The notes under the pieces: generated by a model | The model's input: the letters and a program-made list of their open reading frames with translations, nothing else | What the model was told of the DNA's origin: nothing | The model's database searches: none | In this document: positions 1 through 9,291 of the stretch, one piece after another | Position numbering within the stretch: position 1 is the stretch's first letter | How the letters are laid out: each line of letters begins with the position of its first letter | Source of the DNA: Candidatus Electrothrix yaqonensis | GTDB lineage: Bacteria > Desulfobacterota > Desulfobulbia > Desulfobulbales > Desulfobulbaceae | Direction of reading: 5' to 3' | NCBI GenBank assembly: GCA_047651235.1 | Contig: CP178758.1 | Location: 750,001-782,000, forward strand | Length of the DNA: 32,000 nucleotides | Translations under genes and position numbers: made by a program

Positions 1-38
1 GCACCCGCTTTCCCGGCAGACTCCGCTCGATGAATTGC

Positions 39-66
39 TTGACATCAATCAGGATCACTATATACT
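39..66 (+). promoter_or_regulatory. candidate sigma70-type promoter (TTGACA - 16 nt - TATACT) for the vWA/TelA operon
   Basis: TTGACA at 39-44 and TATACT at 61-66, about 100 nt upstream of the ATG at 167. Sequence match only. Confidence 0.4.
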
Positions 67-166
67 TTCTACAGGATAAAGTTATTCCTCCCGAATTTCG
101 GAAGACCGCCGCCAACTGCCTTCTACACTGCTCTGACTGCTACTGCTCATCATCCCGGAGAAAAAA

Positions 167-1810
167 ATGAAGCTGGATAACAAGAGCCTTATTCTCGCCT
201 GCCTCCTCAGTTTTTCTATTGTGATACTCGGCGGCTGTGACCGGGACAGGCCGGAGAAAAAACAGACCGCTGCATTGAAACAGAAACAAAATGCAGCCCC
301 GCTCTCTATTGTTTCCGGCTCAGAAAACAAAACCCTTGAGCCGCTCCTGCAGCAGTTTGCCCGAAAAAACGGAATCAATATCTCAATGCAGTACATGGGG
401 TCAGTGGATATTGCCCATGAAATCGCCAAAGGGAAATCTTCGCAGTTTGATGCGGTCTGGCCTGCCTCTAGCCTCTGGCTTTCGCTGGGAGACAAACAGG
501 GCGTGGTCAGACATGCCCAATCCATCATGCGCAGTCCGGTGGTCTTTGCGGTCAAGAAATCCATTGCTGAAAAACTCGGCTGGGACAAAAATGAGGTCAG
601 GGTCATGGACATCCTTGATGCTGCGGAGCGGGGAGATATCCGTTTTGCCATGACCTCGGCCACCCAGTCGAATTCCGGCACCTCGGCCTTTCTCTCCTTT
701 TTATCCGCTTTTGCCGACAGTCCGGAAGTCCTCACTGAGGAACATCTCAACGACCCGCAGGTGGATGACAAGATTAAGCGCTTTCTGAAAACAGTCAACC
801 GGTCAGTGGGCAGTTCGGGATGGCTTATGGAAATGCTGCGCAAAGATTATCTTTACTATGACGGCATGGTTAATTATGAAGCCATGGTCATTGAGCTGAA
901 CAAGAACCTGCCCCCTGGCCAGGAGCCGCTCTATGCGGTTTATCCGGTCGATGGTATTTCCATTGCCGACAGTCCGCTGGGTTTTATCGATAAAGGCGAC
1001 AGCAGGATAGAAGAGACCTTTCTCCAACTGCAGGAATATCTCCTCAGCGCTTCTGTTCAGGACAGCATCCAAGCGCATGGACGGCGGACCGGTCTTGTCG
1101 GCATGGAAGCGGACGCTGCAAAGAGCAGAGTATTCAACCCGGCATGGGGCATTGATCTGCAGCGGATTCTCACTCCGATCAGAATACCGGCTGTTCCTGT
1201 GGTTGAGGAAGCCCTCAACCTGTACCAGACTTCCTTCCGCAAGCCGTCACTCACCGCCTATGTCTTGGATTACTCCGGCAGTATGGAGGGAAACGGGATT
1301 CAGCAGCTGAAAAAGGCCATGCGCACTCTGCTTGATCAGAATATTGCCAAACAGTTTCTCCTCCAAGCCTCATCGGAAGATATAACAATGGTTGTCCCGT
1401 TCAATAACCAATTGATTGATATTGATTTTTTTTCTGTTCAGGGCAATAATCCTGCTGAACTGAACAAACTGCTGCATCAGGTGGAGACCCTGCAGCCGGG
1501 CGGAGGCACCAATATGTATATAGCAGCAGCCGCTGCACTGACGACGATGAAAGAGCTGGCTGCCTCCGGAGAATATCATCCGGCAGTCATTGTCATGAGC
1601 GACGGAGTCAGTGAAGGCAGTGTGGATCAGTTTCACAGGATGCTGCAGGGAAGCGGCATGGGCAGCGGGGATATTCCGGTGTTTACCATTCTGTTCGGCC
1701 AGGCCGATAAGAAACAGATGCAGGCCCTTGCTGACGCGATGCATGGCCGCATGTTCGACGGCCGCACCGATGTAGTTAAAGCATTCAGGGAGGCCAAGGG
1801 GTATAATTGA
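167..1810 (+). CDS. exported lipoprotein: periplasmic-binding-protein-like N-terminal half fused to a C-terminal von Willebrand factor A (vWA) domain
   Basis: GGAG RBS lies before the ATG. Signal peptide with lipobox (LSFSIVILGG-C). The N-terminal half has binding-protein motifs (IVSGSENK, WPAS, TQSNSGTS). The C-terminal half has a complete MIDAS signature (VLDYSGSM ... GGGTNM ... MSDGVSEG). Confidence 0.85.
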   Translation: MKLDNKSLILACLLSFSIVILGGCDRDRPEKKQTAALKQKQNAAPLSIVSGSENKTLEPLLQQFARKNGINISMQYMGSVDIAHEIAKGKSSQFDAVWPASSLWLSLGDKQGVVRHAQSIMRSPVVFAVKKSIAEKLGWDKNEVRVMDILDAAERGDIRFAMTSATQSNSGTSAFLSFLSAFADSPEVLTEEHLNDPQVDDKIKRFLKTVNRSVGSSGWLMEMLRKDYLYYDGMVNYEAMVIELNKNLPPGQEPLYAVYPVDGISIADSPLGFIDKGDSRIEETFLQLQEYLLSASVQDSIQAHGRRTGLVGMEADAAKSRVFNPAWGIDLQRILTPIRIPAVPVVEEALNLYQTSFRKPSLTAYVLDYSGSMEGNGIQQLKKAMRTLLDQNIAKQFLLQASSEDITMVVPFNNQLIDIDFFSVQGNNPAELNKLLHQVETLQPGGGTNMYIAAAAALTTMKELAASGEYHPAVIVMSDGVSEGSVDQFHRMLQGSGMGSGDIPVFTILFGQADKKQMQALADAMHGRMFDGRTDVVKAFREAKGYN

Positions 1811-2460
1811 GTACCGTACGAATATCGATACCGAGAAAACTTGCCGCACTGGGATGTATGTATTCAATTGTCAGAGAAGTTGTCTCCGGGATGGGGGCAA
1901 CCTTTATTTTTATCCTGCTCTGGATCATCCTGCCCGGCGAATATGATGCCCTGCTTGCCTTTCTTCTTTCTGTGGCGAGCTATTTCGGCATCCGGTTGTT
2001 CTTTCCGCCCCCGTATAAAAAAGTGGAGGTGGAGCTGCCGGACGGCTTTTCCAAAGAGGCATTCAGAACCTTTCTTACCGCCTGCAGAGACAATCTTGCT
2101 CTCCTGAGAAAGGATGCGGCCGCAATCAGAAAGCTATCTTTTCAAAGGACTGTGCTGCACCTCTGCGAGCTCGGCGACGAGCTGCTGGTCAATTTTGAAA
2201 AGGATCCGGAAGATGTACGCAAGGCGCAGGTTCTGCCGGACCGCCTGCAGCGGCTCCACGAAATCCTTGCCGGGTATCTTGATCTGGCCAATCAGCGAAG
2301 TCAATCTCCGCAGACTGTACGGGCTTTGAAGGAAACAGAAAAAGCCGTAACCAAGGCGGTGGGAAAGTTCGAGCAGCTCCATCACCGTCTGCTGGAAAAT
2401 GATGCCATCGACCTGAGCACCAGCGCGAAAACCCTGGACAACCTGCTCGACTTTGATTGA
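1807..2460 (+). CDS. XpaC-like (5-bromo-4-chloroindolyl phosphate hydrolysis protein family) two-TM membrane protein
   Basis: The ORF begins at a TTG overlapping the upstream stop (TTGA). An alternative in-frame ATG is at 1858, so the start is uncertain. Two hydrophobic helices (FIFILLWIILPG, LLAFLLSVASYFGIRLFF) are followed by ~140 aa of helical, charged sequence. Adjacency to a TelA gene mirrors the Bacillus yaaN-xpaC pair. The family call rests on architecture and context. Confidence 0.55.
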   Translation: MSTVRISIPRKLAALGCMYSIVREVVSGMGATFIFILLWIILPGEYDALLAFLLSVASYFGIRLFFPPPYKKVEVELPDGFSKEAFRTFLTACRDNLALLRKDAAAIRKLSFQRTVLHLCELGDELLVNFEKDPEDVRKAQVLPDRLQRLHEILAGYLDLANQRSQSPQTVRALKETEKAVTKAVGKFEQLHHRLLENDAIDLSTSAKTLDNLLDFD

Positions 2461-2478
2461 GCGTGGAGATAAAAAAAT

Positions 2479-3564
2479 ATGCAGAAATTTTTAGGACTGA
2501 TCATTCTCTTGATCGTGGCGGCAGTGGCAGCAGGGTATTTTCTTCTCCAGAAAGGTGGTGACAGCCTTCCGTCCTTCAGCACGCCCAAGGAGACAATTAC
2601 CGTTATCGGCAGGGCAGGATCCGAAAAAATAGACTTTCTCCAGTCGGAAAAGGTGCAGGATATTCTGCTGGACCACGGCCTGAAACTAAATGTCCGGAAA
2701 GCAGGCAGTGTGGAGATGATGCAAGAGACCACGGGACAGGATTTTCTCTGGCCAGCCAGTCAGGTCAATGTGGAGTTCTTCAGATCTTCCGGCGGCAGGC
2801 CCCTGGCTTCGGAAAATATCTTTAATTCTCCCATCGTCCTGTATTCCTGGGATATCGTAACCGATGCGCTGGTCAAAATCGGGATTGTCGAACATCGGGA
2901 AGGGGTCAACTATGTTGTTGACCTGCCCCGTCTGCTCTCCCTGATCACCGGCCGCAAGGACTGGAAAGAAATCGGCCTGAAGCAACTGTACGGTAAAATT
3001 ACCATCCGCACCACCGATCCGACCAAGAGCAATTCCGGCAATATGTTCGCTGCTCTTATCGCCAATACTTTGAACAACGGCGAGGTCGTCACAACGGATA
3101 CTCTTGACAATGTGCTCCCCCTTGTCAAAGACCTTTATGCCCGGTTGGGCCATATGGAACATTCCTCCGCAGTCCTCTTCAACATGTTTCTGCAGCAGGG
3201 TGTCGGAGCCTACCCTGTTATTGTCGGCTATGAAAATCAGCTGGTGGAGTACTCTCTGGTACATAAAGAGGCCTTGGAGCTGCTCAGATCAAAGGTCAGA
3301 ATTCTGTACCCGGTTCCCACCATCTGGGCCACCCATCCCTTTATCGCCCTGACAGAAAAAGGAAAAAAAGTGCTTGAGGTGCTGAAGCTCCCGGAGGTAC
3401 AGGAGCTTGCCTGGGAGGAACACGGGTTCCGCAGCGGCCTGATGGGCGTGGAGAACGACCCGTCAGTTCTGGAGGTGGTCGGTCTTCCCCGGAGTATTGA
3501 TGCAGTCATGCCTGCGCCAGGTGTCAGGGTAATGGACAGGCTGGTTATGGATCTCAGCTTTTGA
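2479..3564 (+). CDS. N-terminally anchored/exported periplasmic-binding-protein-like protein, paralogous to the N-terminal half of the vWA lipoprotein
   Basis: GGAG RBS and an N-terminal hydrophobic helix (LGLIILLIVAAVAAGYFLL). It shares ordered motifs with ORF 167-1810: GSEK/GSENK, FLWPAS/AVWPAS, NSPIV/RSPVV, PTKSNSGN/TQSNSGT. Confidence 0.7.
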   Translation: MQKFLGLIILLIVAAVAAGYFLLQKGGDSLPSFSTPKETITVIGRAGSEKIDFLQSEKVQDILLDHGLKLNVRKAGSVEMMQETTGQDFLWPASQVNVEFFRSSGGRPLASENIFNSPIVLYSWDIVTDALVKIGIVEHREGVNYVVDLPRLLSLITGRKDWKEIGLKQLYGKITIRTTDPTKSNSGNMFAALIANTLNNGEVVTTDTLDNVLPLVKDLYARLGHMEHSSAVLFNMFLQQGVGAYPVIVGYENQLVEYSLVHKEALELLRSKVRILYPVPTIWATHPFIALTEKGKKVLEVLKLPEVQELAWEEHGFRSGLMGVENDPSVLEVVGLPRSIDAVMPAPGVRVMDRLVMDLSF

Positions 3565-3619
3565 TTCTCTGCACAATTCTGCTTATCACATATCACCCAG
3601 CTCATGAAGGAGAGAAGAA

Positions 3620-4762
3620 ATGGATAATTTACCGGTTCTGGCGTTATCCGGCCAGAAGAACGATCTTCTGTACCAGAAGTTTGCGGAAAAGGCCCCGGAT
3701 AAACTGCAGAAGGCTAAAGAACGGGTCACCTCGCTTGATTTCAGCAGGGCCCAGTCCGTGCTGGCCTTCGGGGTGAGCGACCAGAAAGGGCTGGTGGATT
3801 TTACCGACTCTGTGCTGACCAATATCAGAGCAGGTGATGCCGGACCGGCCGGACATCTTATGTCTGATCTGAAAGGGAAAATCCTGGATCTTGATGTGCG
3901 CGGTCTGCCCAAGAGCGCTGGAGGAAAACTCAGCGCCCTGCTCGGCGGCATTCCGGTTGTCGGTGGCTGGCTGTCCGCCAAGTTTGATGATGCGCGTGCC
4001 TTTATCCGGCGCTACGAGACTCTCAAGGTACAGATCGATCAAATCACCAGGAAACTGGAAGAGGAAAAAACAAACCAGATCGCCCATGTCAACCGTCTCG
4101 ATACTCTGTATGAGCGTAATGAGGAATACTTTGATTCTCTGGAGGTGACTATTGCCGCCGGTGAGCTGAAGCTGGTGGAGATGGAGGGGCAGTTTGAACA
4201 GCGCCGCCAGGAGCTTGCTGGCCAGAGCGCTGTTGATGCCAAAGAACTGCAGGAGCTGAAGGATTTCGGTGATGCCATTCAGTCGCTGGACCGCCGCATC
4301 TACAATCTGAAATTGGCCCGTGCTTCTGCCGTGACCTCCGGCCCGACCATCAGGATTGCTCAGGAAGGCTCCAAGGCCATTGTGGAGATGATTCAGGATT
4401 CCATCCTGATGATGATTCCGGAATGGAAAAAACAGCTGGTCATCGCAATTTCCCTGTTTGATCAGAAACGGGCAATGGCTATGGTCAATGAAACCAGAGA
4501 CATGACCAACAACCTGATGATGTCCACCGCCGATATGCTTGGCCAGACCCAGGCGACCGTGAAAAAGGCCCAGGGCGAGGGCTTTGTCAAGGTGGAGACC
4601 CTGCAGAAGATGACCGATAAGCTGATTCAGACTATTGACCAGGGGATCAAAATGGATGCCGAGAACAAGCAGAAGCGTGCGCAGGGGGTGCAGAAACTGG
4701 CTGAAGCCGAAGGCAAGCTGAAAGAAGCCCTGCAGGCAGCCAACGAATCTGTCTTATCCTGA
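3620..4762 (+). CDS. telA: TelA-family toxic anion resistance protein (cytoplasmic, coiled-coil)
   Basis: AAGGAGAG RBS. No signal peptide or TM segment. The N-terminal pattern FG..DQ....F.D..L...R..D.G..G..M..L fits TelA. The central block RYETLKVQIDQI...LDTLYERNEEYFDSLEVTIAAGELKL is also typical of TelA/YaaN proteins. Length is 380 aa. Confidence 0.8.
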   Translation: MDNLPVLALSGQKNDLLYQKFAEKAPDKLQKAKERVTSLDFSRAQSVLAFGVSDQKGLVDFTDSVLTNIRAGDAGPAGHLMSDLKGKILDLDVRGLPKSAGGKLSALLGGIPVVGGWLSAKFDDARAFIRRYETLKVQIDQITRKLEEEKTNQIAHVNRLDTLYERNEEYFDSLEVTIAAGELKLVEMEGQFEQRRQELAGQSAVDAKELQELKDFGDAIQSLDRRIYNLKLARASAVTSGPTIRIAQEGSKAIVEMIQDSILMMIPEWKKQLVIAISLFDQKRAMAMVNETRDMTNNLMMSTADMLGQTQATVKKAQGEGFVKVETLQKMTDKLIQTIDQGIKMDAENKQKRAQGVQKLAEAEGKLKEALQAANESVLS

Positions 4763-4785
4763 ACAGGTTTGCTGTAAAAATTTTT

Positions 4786-5604
4786 ATGTCCGTCTTTCAA
4801 TTCATCCGCAGCCTGCTGGCTGCAATTTTCTTTGTTCCGCTTACGATGACGGTCTGCACCGGGGCTGCTGCGGATGTCCGCTGGTTCCGCAGATCAAAGG
4901 GAAAGGCGCAGCAGTTTCCCCGCATCTGGGGCAGTGTTTTCTGCTGGCTTGCCAATGTCAGAGTACGGGTGGAAGGGCTGGAAAATCTTGATCCTGCCCG
5001 CACCTATATTTTTATCGGTAATCATGCCAGCATGTTGGACATCCTGTCTTTTTCAGGTTATGTTACGCATGATTTCCGCTGGCTCTCCAAGAAAGAACTG
5101 TTTGCCATTCCCTTTCTCGGAGCCGGGATGCGGGCAACAGATTGCATTTCCATTGACCGGTCACGCGGCAGACAGGCCCTGCAGAGCCTGAATGAGGCTG
5201 CGCAACAGATCGCCAGGGGTGCTTCGGTTATTCTTTTCCCGGAAGGAACCCGCAGCATTGACGGTCGTCTGCAGAAATTTAAAACCGGTGCCATTGTCCT
5301 GGCCATAAAGGCCGGAGTAGAGGTTGTGCCTGTGGGCTTTAACGGAACCCATCAGGCCATGCCTGCAGGAAAAAAACTTGCACGGGGCGGCGACGTCGTG
5401 CTTCGTATCGGTTCTCCTTTTTCGATACAGCAGTTCGATGCAAAGAAGAAGCAGGAGCTTGCTGCTGTATTACGGCGCCGGGTGGCTGAACTGCTGGACG
5501 ACTGCCATCTGCCGCTGCCGGAGCCGGAAAAGCAGGCCGTTGAAGGGGCAGAGAATGATCCGGGAACGAGTATTTCTTTGCAAAACAAGGAGCACATGGC
5601 ATAA
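4786..5604 (+). CDS. plsC: 1-acyl-sn-glycerol-3-phosphate acyltransferase
   Basis: Acyltransferase motif I (GNHASMLD, H-x4-D) and motif III (FPEGTRS), with an N-terminal hydrophobic helix. It starts only 24 nt after telA. Confidence 0.85.
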   Translation: MSVFQFIRSLLAAIFFVPLTMTVCTGAAADVRWFRRSKGKAQQFPRIWGSVFCWLANVRVRVEGLENLDPARTYIFIGNHASMLDILSFSGYVTHDFRWLSKKELFAIPFLGAGMRATDCISIDRSRGRQALQSLNEAAQQIARGASVILFPEGTRSIDGRLQKFKTGAIVLAIKAGVEVVPVGFNGTHQAMPAGKKLARGGDVVLRIGSPFSIQQFDAKKKQELAAVLRRRVAELLDDCHLPLPEPEKQAVEGAENDPGTSISLQNKEHMA

Positions 5605-5680
5605 TGCCATCAGGTTTGTCCAGTTTTCTGCTGATTTTTTGCGCAGCAGCCCCTGGTAAACAGGCAGGTCAAAGCGGCTG

Positions 5681-5717
5681 AACAATGCGGCAGGCAGAGC
5701 AGGATGCATTGTTTTTT
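5681..5717 (+). terminator. possible rho-independent terminator after plsC
   Basis: AACAATGC (5681-5688) pairs with GCATTGTT (5706-5713) and is followed by TTTT. The 17-nt loop is rather large. Confidence 0.35.
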
Positions 5718-5758
5718 CACCAGAATAAAAAATATCTTCTGACAGAAAGGAAAAATCT

Positions 5759-8458
5759 ATGAGTCGTCCATCCCGAAATCATGTTCCGGGCGCAGCGAAA
5801 CAGGACGCGGCCCGCTCATCTCTCTTTTCAGCTCTGCTGCTCTGGTGTTGCGTGCTTTGTGCCGCCAATACGGTTTCAGCGGTTGAGCAGAATACGGTTT
5901 TTCTGCCCCTGAAAATCAATGCCCCGGACAGTGAAACCGTGACCCCGCAGGTTGATATCGCCCTGGAGGGCGCGCTTGATGCCAAAGGGCTGGCCATGCT
6001 TCCCCGTCAGGAGGCCAAAGAACAGGTGGACTACACCGGTGTCTGGCCGCCCCCTGCTGACGTTCTGACCGCAGTGGCTGAAAACGCCGGACTGGACTAT
6101 GTGGCTGTGGGCAGCCTGACTATAATCGGTGAGCAGATTTCCGTGGATATACAGGTTATTGACCTCTTAAAGCCCCAAATACCCCAGTCCGCCTATCGCG
6201 AGGGCACCTCGCTGGCTGATATCCACTCGGTTATGGAAGGCATTCTCTTGGATGTCCTGGGCCATACCAATCGGAAACTCATTATCGCCTCCATTGTTCC
6301 CCAGGGGAATGAACGGATTGACTCCGGAGCGATCCGCCGAAAAATTTCCGCGAAACCGGGTGATGCCTACAGTCCGGACAGACTGCGCAAGGATCTGAAA
6401 CAGGTCTTTGCTATGGGGTATTTTGATAATGTGGAGATTGAGGTCAATGATTCCGAAAAGGGCAAAGAGGTGATTTTCCGGGTCCAGGAAAAACCGCTGA
6501 TTAAAACCGTGTCGTTTACCGGAACAGATAAGGTCAGCGAAGAGGATGTTAAAGATGCGGCCAATATTAAGGAAAATACGATCCTGAATCCTTCTGAGCT
6601 CAAGGATGCGGTCAAGCGGATCAACGGGCTGTATAAAAGCAAGGGATATTACTCGGCAACAAGCAGATTTACCATGGAGAATCCTGACCGGGATACAGTA
6701 ACTGTGCAGTTTATCATCAATGAAGGCGACAAAATGGCCATTTCCGCCATCCGGTTTGTCGGCAACAAGTCCTTCAGCGCAGATGAACTTGAAGACGAGA
6801 TTCAGACCTCAACCTGGACATGGTATTCCTCCTGGATTACCGATGCAGGGACGCTGAAGATGGATGTCCTGGAGCAGGACGCAGCCAGACTGGCAGCCTT
6901 TTATAACAATCACGGCTTTATCGAGGCAAAAATCGGAGAGCCGGAAGTGGAGCAGGCAGAGGATGATCTGTTTGTCACCTTTACCGTTCAGGAAGGACCG
7001 CGTTATCAGGTCGGGACAGTGGATGTACAGGGTGACCTGGTTGAAGGCAAGGAAAAGATGATTGACATCCTGCAGATCCGGCAGGAAAAATACCTCAACC
7101 GCCAGACCCTGCGTGACGATGTGATGCGCCTGACCGATCTCTGCGCGGAACACGGATACGCCTTTGCCGACGTTCGTCCCCAGGTGGACAAGTCAGAGGT
7201 CGGGAAACGGGTCAACATCACCTTTACAGTGGAGCAAGGGGAGCTGGTCCGCTTCAATAGAGTGAAGATTGAAGGAAATACCCGGACCAGGGACAATGTT
7301 ATCCGGCGCGATCTGGAAGTGGAGGAAGGCGGGGTGTATGACTCCAAGGCAATCCGAACATCCACCAAGAAACTCCGGAGATTGGGCTACTTTGAAGATG
7401 TCTCTGTGATCCCGCAGGAGACCATGCATAACGACCAGATGGACGTGATGGTTGCGGTTAAGGAGCGCCCGACAGGCCAGTTCAGCATCGGCGCCGGTTA
7501 CTCCTCCTCGGATAAACTGATGTTCATGGGCGAGATTTCGGAAGATAATTTTCTGGGACTCGGCACCAGGCTGGCCTTTTCCGCCAATCTGAGTGCAGTG
7601 ACCAACCGGTTTAATCTGTCGTATACAGACCCGAGAATTTTCGACTCCGATGTATCAGCCGGTATTGACGCCTTTAACTGGGAACGGGAATACACTGACT
7701 ATACCAAGGGATCAACTGGCGGCGGCTTGCGCTTCGGACATAATCTTTATGAAAAATGGCGTATCTATTACGGATATACCTGGGAAGATACCGAGTTGAG
7801 TGATATCTCTGAGGATGCATCAGATTACATCCTGGAATCCGCCAAGATCAACATTACCAGCGCAGTCCGGATTTCCTTTGTCCGCGACACCAGAGACCGC
7901 AGATTCAATGCCAATTCCGGTGCCAAGCACAGTCTGAGTATTAAATATGCAGGCGGCCCGTTGGGCGGGGAAGCAGCTTATACCAAGCTGGAGGCTTATA
8001 CGAGCTGGTTTTTTCCCATGCCGTTGGACATGGTTTTTCATACCAAACTGGCTGCCGGGCAGGCCTTTGAAAACGAAAACGGCAAACTGCCAGTCTATGA
8101 CAACTTCTACCTCGGTGGCATGAATTCCATCCGCGGATTCAAGTCCTCCTCCATCAGCCCGATTACACCGGAAAATGACGAGAAGTACGGTGGCGACAAG
8201 ATGTGGTTCACCAACATAGAGGTGTTTTTTCCCCTGCTTACCGATGCCGGAATACGCGGTGTTGCCTTTGTCGATGCAGGTAATGTCTATGACCTTGATG
8301 ACAGCTGGGATTTCGGCAGCATCAAAAAGTCAACCGGCCTTGGTATCAACTGGCTTTCGCCCATGGGGCCGTTGCGCCTGATCTGGGGATATAATCTGGA
8401 TTCCCAGGAAGGCGACGAAGATGCCCAGTGGGATTTTGCTATGGGCGGCAGTTTTTAG
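5759..8458 (+). CDS. bamA: outer membrane protein assembly factor BamA (Omp85) with an extra N-terminal domain
   Basis: Signal peptide, then repeated POTRA-like units from about aa 175 (I..I...GN.R....I......G..Y). C-terminal barrel with the typical RPTGQFSIGAGYSS start and terminal GGSF. The 899-aa length exceeds the usual ~800 aa because of ~125 extra N-terminal residues. Confidence 0.9.
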   Translation: MSRPSRNHVPGAAKQDAARSSLFSALLLWCCVLCAANTVSAVEQNTVFLPLKINAPDSETVTPQVDIALEGALDAKGLAMLPRQEAKEQVDYTGVWPPPADVLTAVAENAGLDYVAVGSLTIIGEQISVDIQVIDLLKPQIPQSAYREGTSLADIHSVMEGILLDVLGHTNRKLIIASIVPQGNERIDSGAIRRKISAKPGDAYSPDRLRKDLKQVFAMGYFDNVEIEVNDSEKGKEVIFRVQEKPLIKTVSFTGTDKVSEEDVKDAANIKENTILNPSELKDAVKRINGLYKSKGYYSATSRFTMENPDRDTVTVQFIINEGDKMAISAIRFVGNKSFSADELEDEIQTSTWTWYSSWITDAGTLKMDVLEQDAARLAAFYNNHGFIEAKIGEPEVEQAEDDLFVTFTVQEGPRYQVGTVDVQGDLVEGKEKMIDILQIRQEKYLNRQTLRDDVMRLTDLCAEHGYAFADVRPQVDKSEVGKRVNITFTVEQGELVRFNRVKIEGNTRTRDNVIRRDLEVEEGGVYDSKAIRTSTKKLRRLGYFEDVSVIPQETMHNDQMDVMVAVKERPTGQFSIGAGYSSSDKLMFMGEISEDNFLGLGTRLAFSANLSAVTNRFNLSYTDPRIFDSDVSAGIDAFNWEREYTDYTKGSTGGGLRFGHNLYEKWRIYYGYTWEDTELSDISEDASDYILESAKINITSAVRISFVRDTRDRRFNANSGAKHSLSIKYAGGPLGGEAAYTKLEAYTSWFFPMPLDMVFHTKLAAGQAFENENGKLPVYDNFYLGGMNSIRGFKSSSISPITPENDEKYGGDKMWFTNIEVFFPLLTDAGIRGVAFVDAGNVYDLDDSWDFGSIKKSTGLGINWLSPMGPLRLIWGYNLDSQEGDEDAQWDFAMGGSF

Positions 8459-8533
8459 GCAATCCTATAATCATACCGCATATGAACCCAATTACCTGAA
8501 GCAACAAGCCGCAGAGAGCTACGTAAAAAAAAT

Positions 8534-9271
8534 ATGAGTACATTCTTCCTCCCCGAACATTGCAGCCCCATCACAGAAAGCAACGTATTCTGTTTTTCCT
8601 GTCACCCCGAGGTGCCCTGTTTCAACGAGTGCTGCCGCCAGCTTGACTTGGCCCTGACCCCCTACGATGTCCTGCGCTTAAAAAATGCGCTCAAACGGCA
8701 CTCCGGCATGTTTCTGGAGCAGTTTGTCATTATAGAATGGGAGGAAGGCATGCTTTTTCCGGCCTGTTATCTGACTATGGTGGATGACGGTCGGGCAAGC
8801 TGTGTTTTTGTCAAAGAAAACGGCTGCCGCGTGTACGAAGACCGCCCAGCGGCCTGCCGGGCCTATCCGGTCGGTCGGGGCGCTTCCCTGCAGGAAGACG
8901 GCACTGTGGCGGAACAGTATGTCCTGCTCCGGGAGCCTCATTGCCGGGGGTTTGAAGAAGGACAGGGATATACTGCCACGGAATATTTTCAGGATCAGGG
9001 CCTGTCCGAGTACAACCGCTATAATGACCAGCTGATGAAGCTCCTGCAGCATCCCCGGATTCATGCCGGTTTCAAACCGACCAAGGCCCAGGCTGAGCAC
9101 TACATCATGGCCCTGTATAATCTGGATACCTTCCGGCAGGAACTCACCACCGGCGGTATTCAGCTGAATACGCCCCTGTCGCCTATGGAAGAACAGGCCA
9201 TGCAGAACAGCGACAACGTCCTGCTGCTGATCGCCATCCGCTGGCTGATTCAGGAATACTTCGGCGAATAA
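8534..9271 (+). CDS. YkgJ-family cysteine-cluster (putative Zn/Fe-chelating) protein
   Basis: N-terminal C-x2-C-x6-C-x3-CC cluster (FCFSCHPEVPCFNECC) and a second Cys group (CVF...GCRVYEDRPAACRAYP), as in the YkgJ/UPF0153 family. Confidence 0.7.
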   Translation: MSTFFLPEHCSPITESNVFCFSCHPEVPCFNECCRQLDLALTPYDVLRLKNALKRHSGMFLEQFVIIEWEEGMLFPACYLTMVDDGRASCVFVKENGCRVYEDRPAACRAYPVGRGASLQEDGTVAEQYVLLREPHCRGFEEGQGYTATEYFQDQGLSEYNRYNDQLMKLLQHPRIHAGFKPTKAQAEHYIMALYNLDTFRQELTTGGIQLNTPLSPMEEQAMQNSDNVLLLIAIRWLIQEYFGE

Positions 9272-9291
9272 GAGGAAGCTGAGAGGACGTC

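Noticed and set aside
82-843. 253-aa minus-strand ORF at the left edge
   Set aside because: It is antisense to the vWA lipoprotein gene, which has an RBS, a lipobox and domain motifs. The ORF also runs through the proposed promoter.
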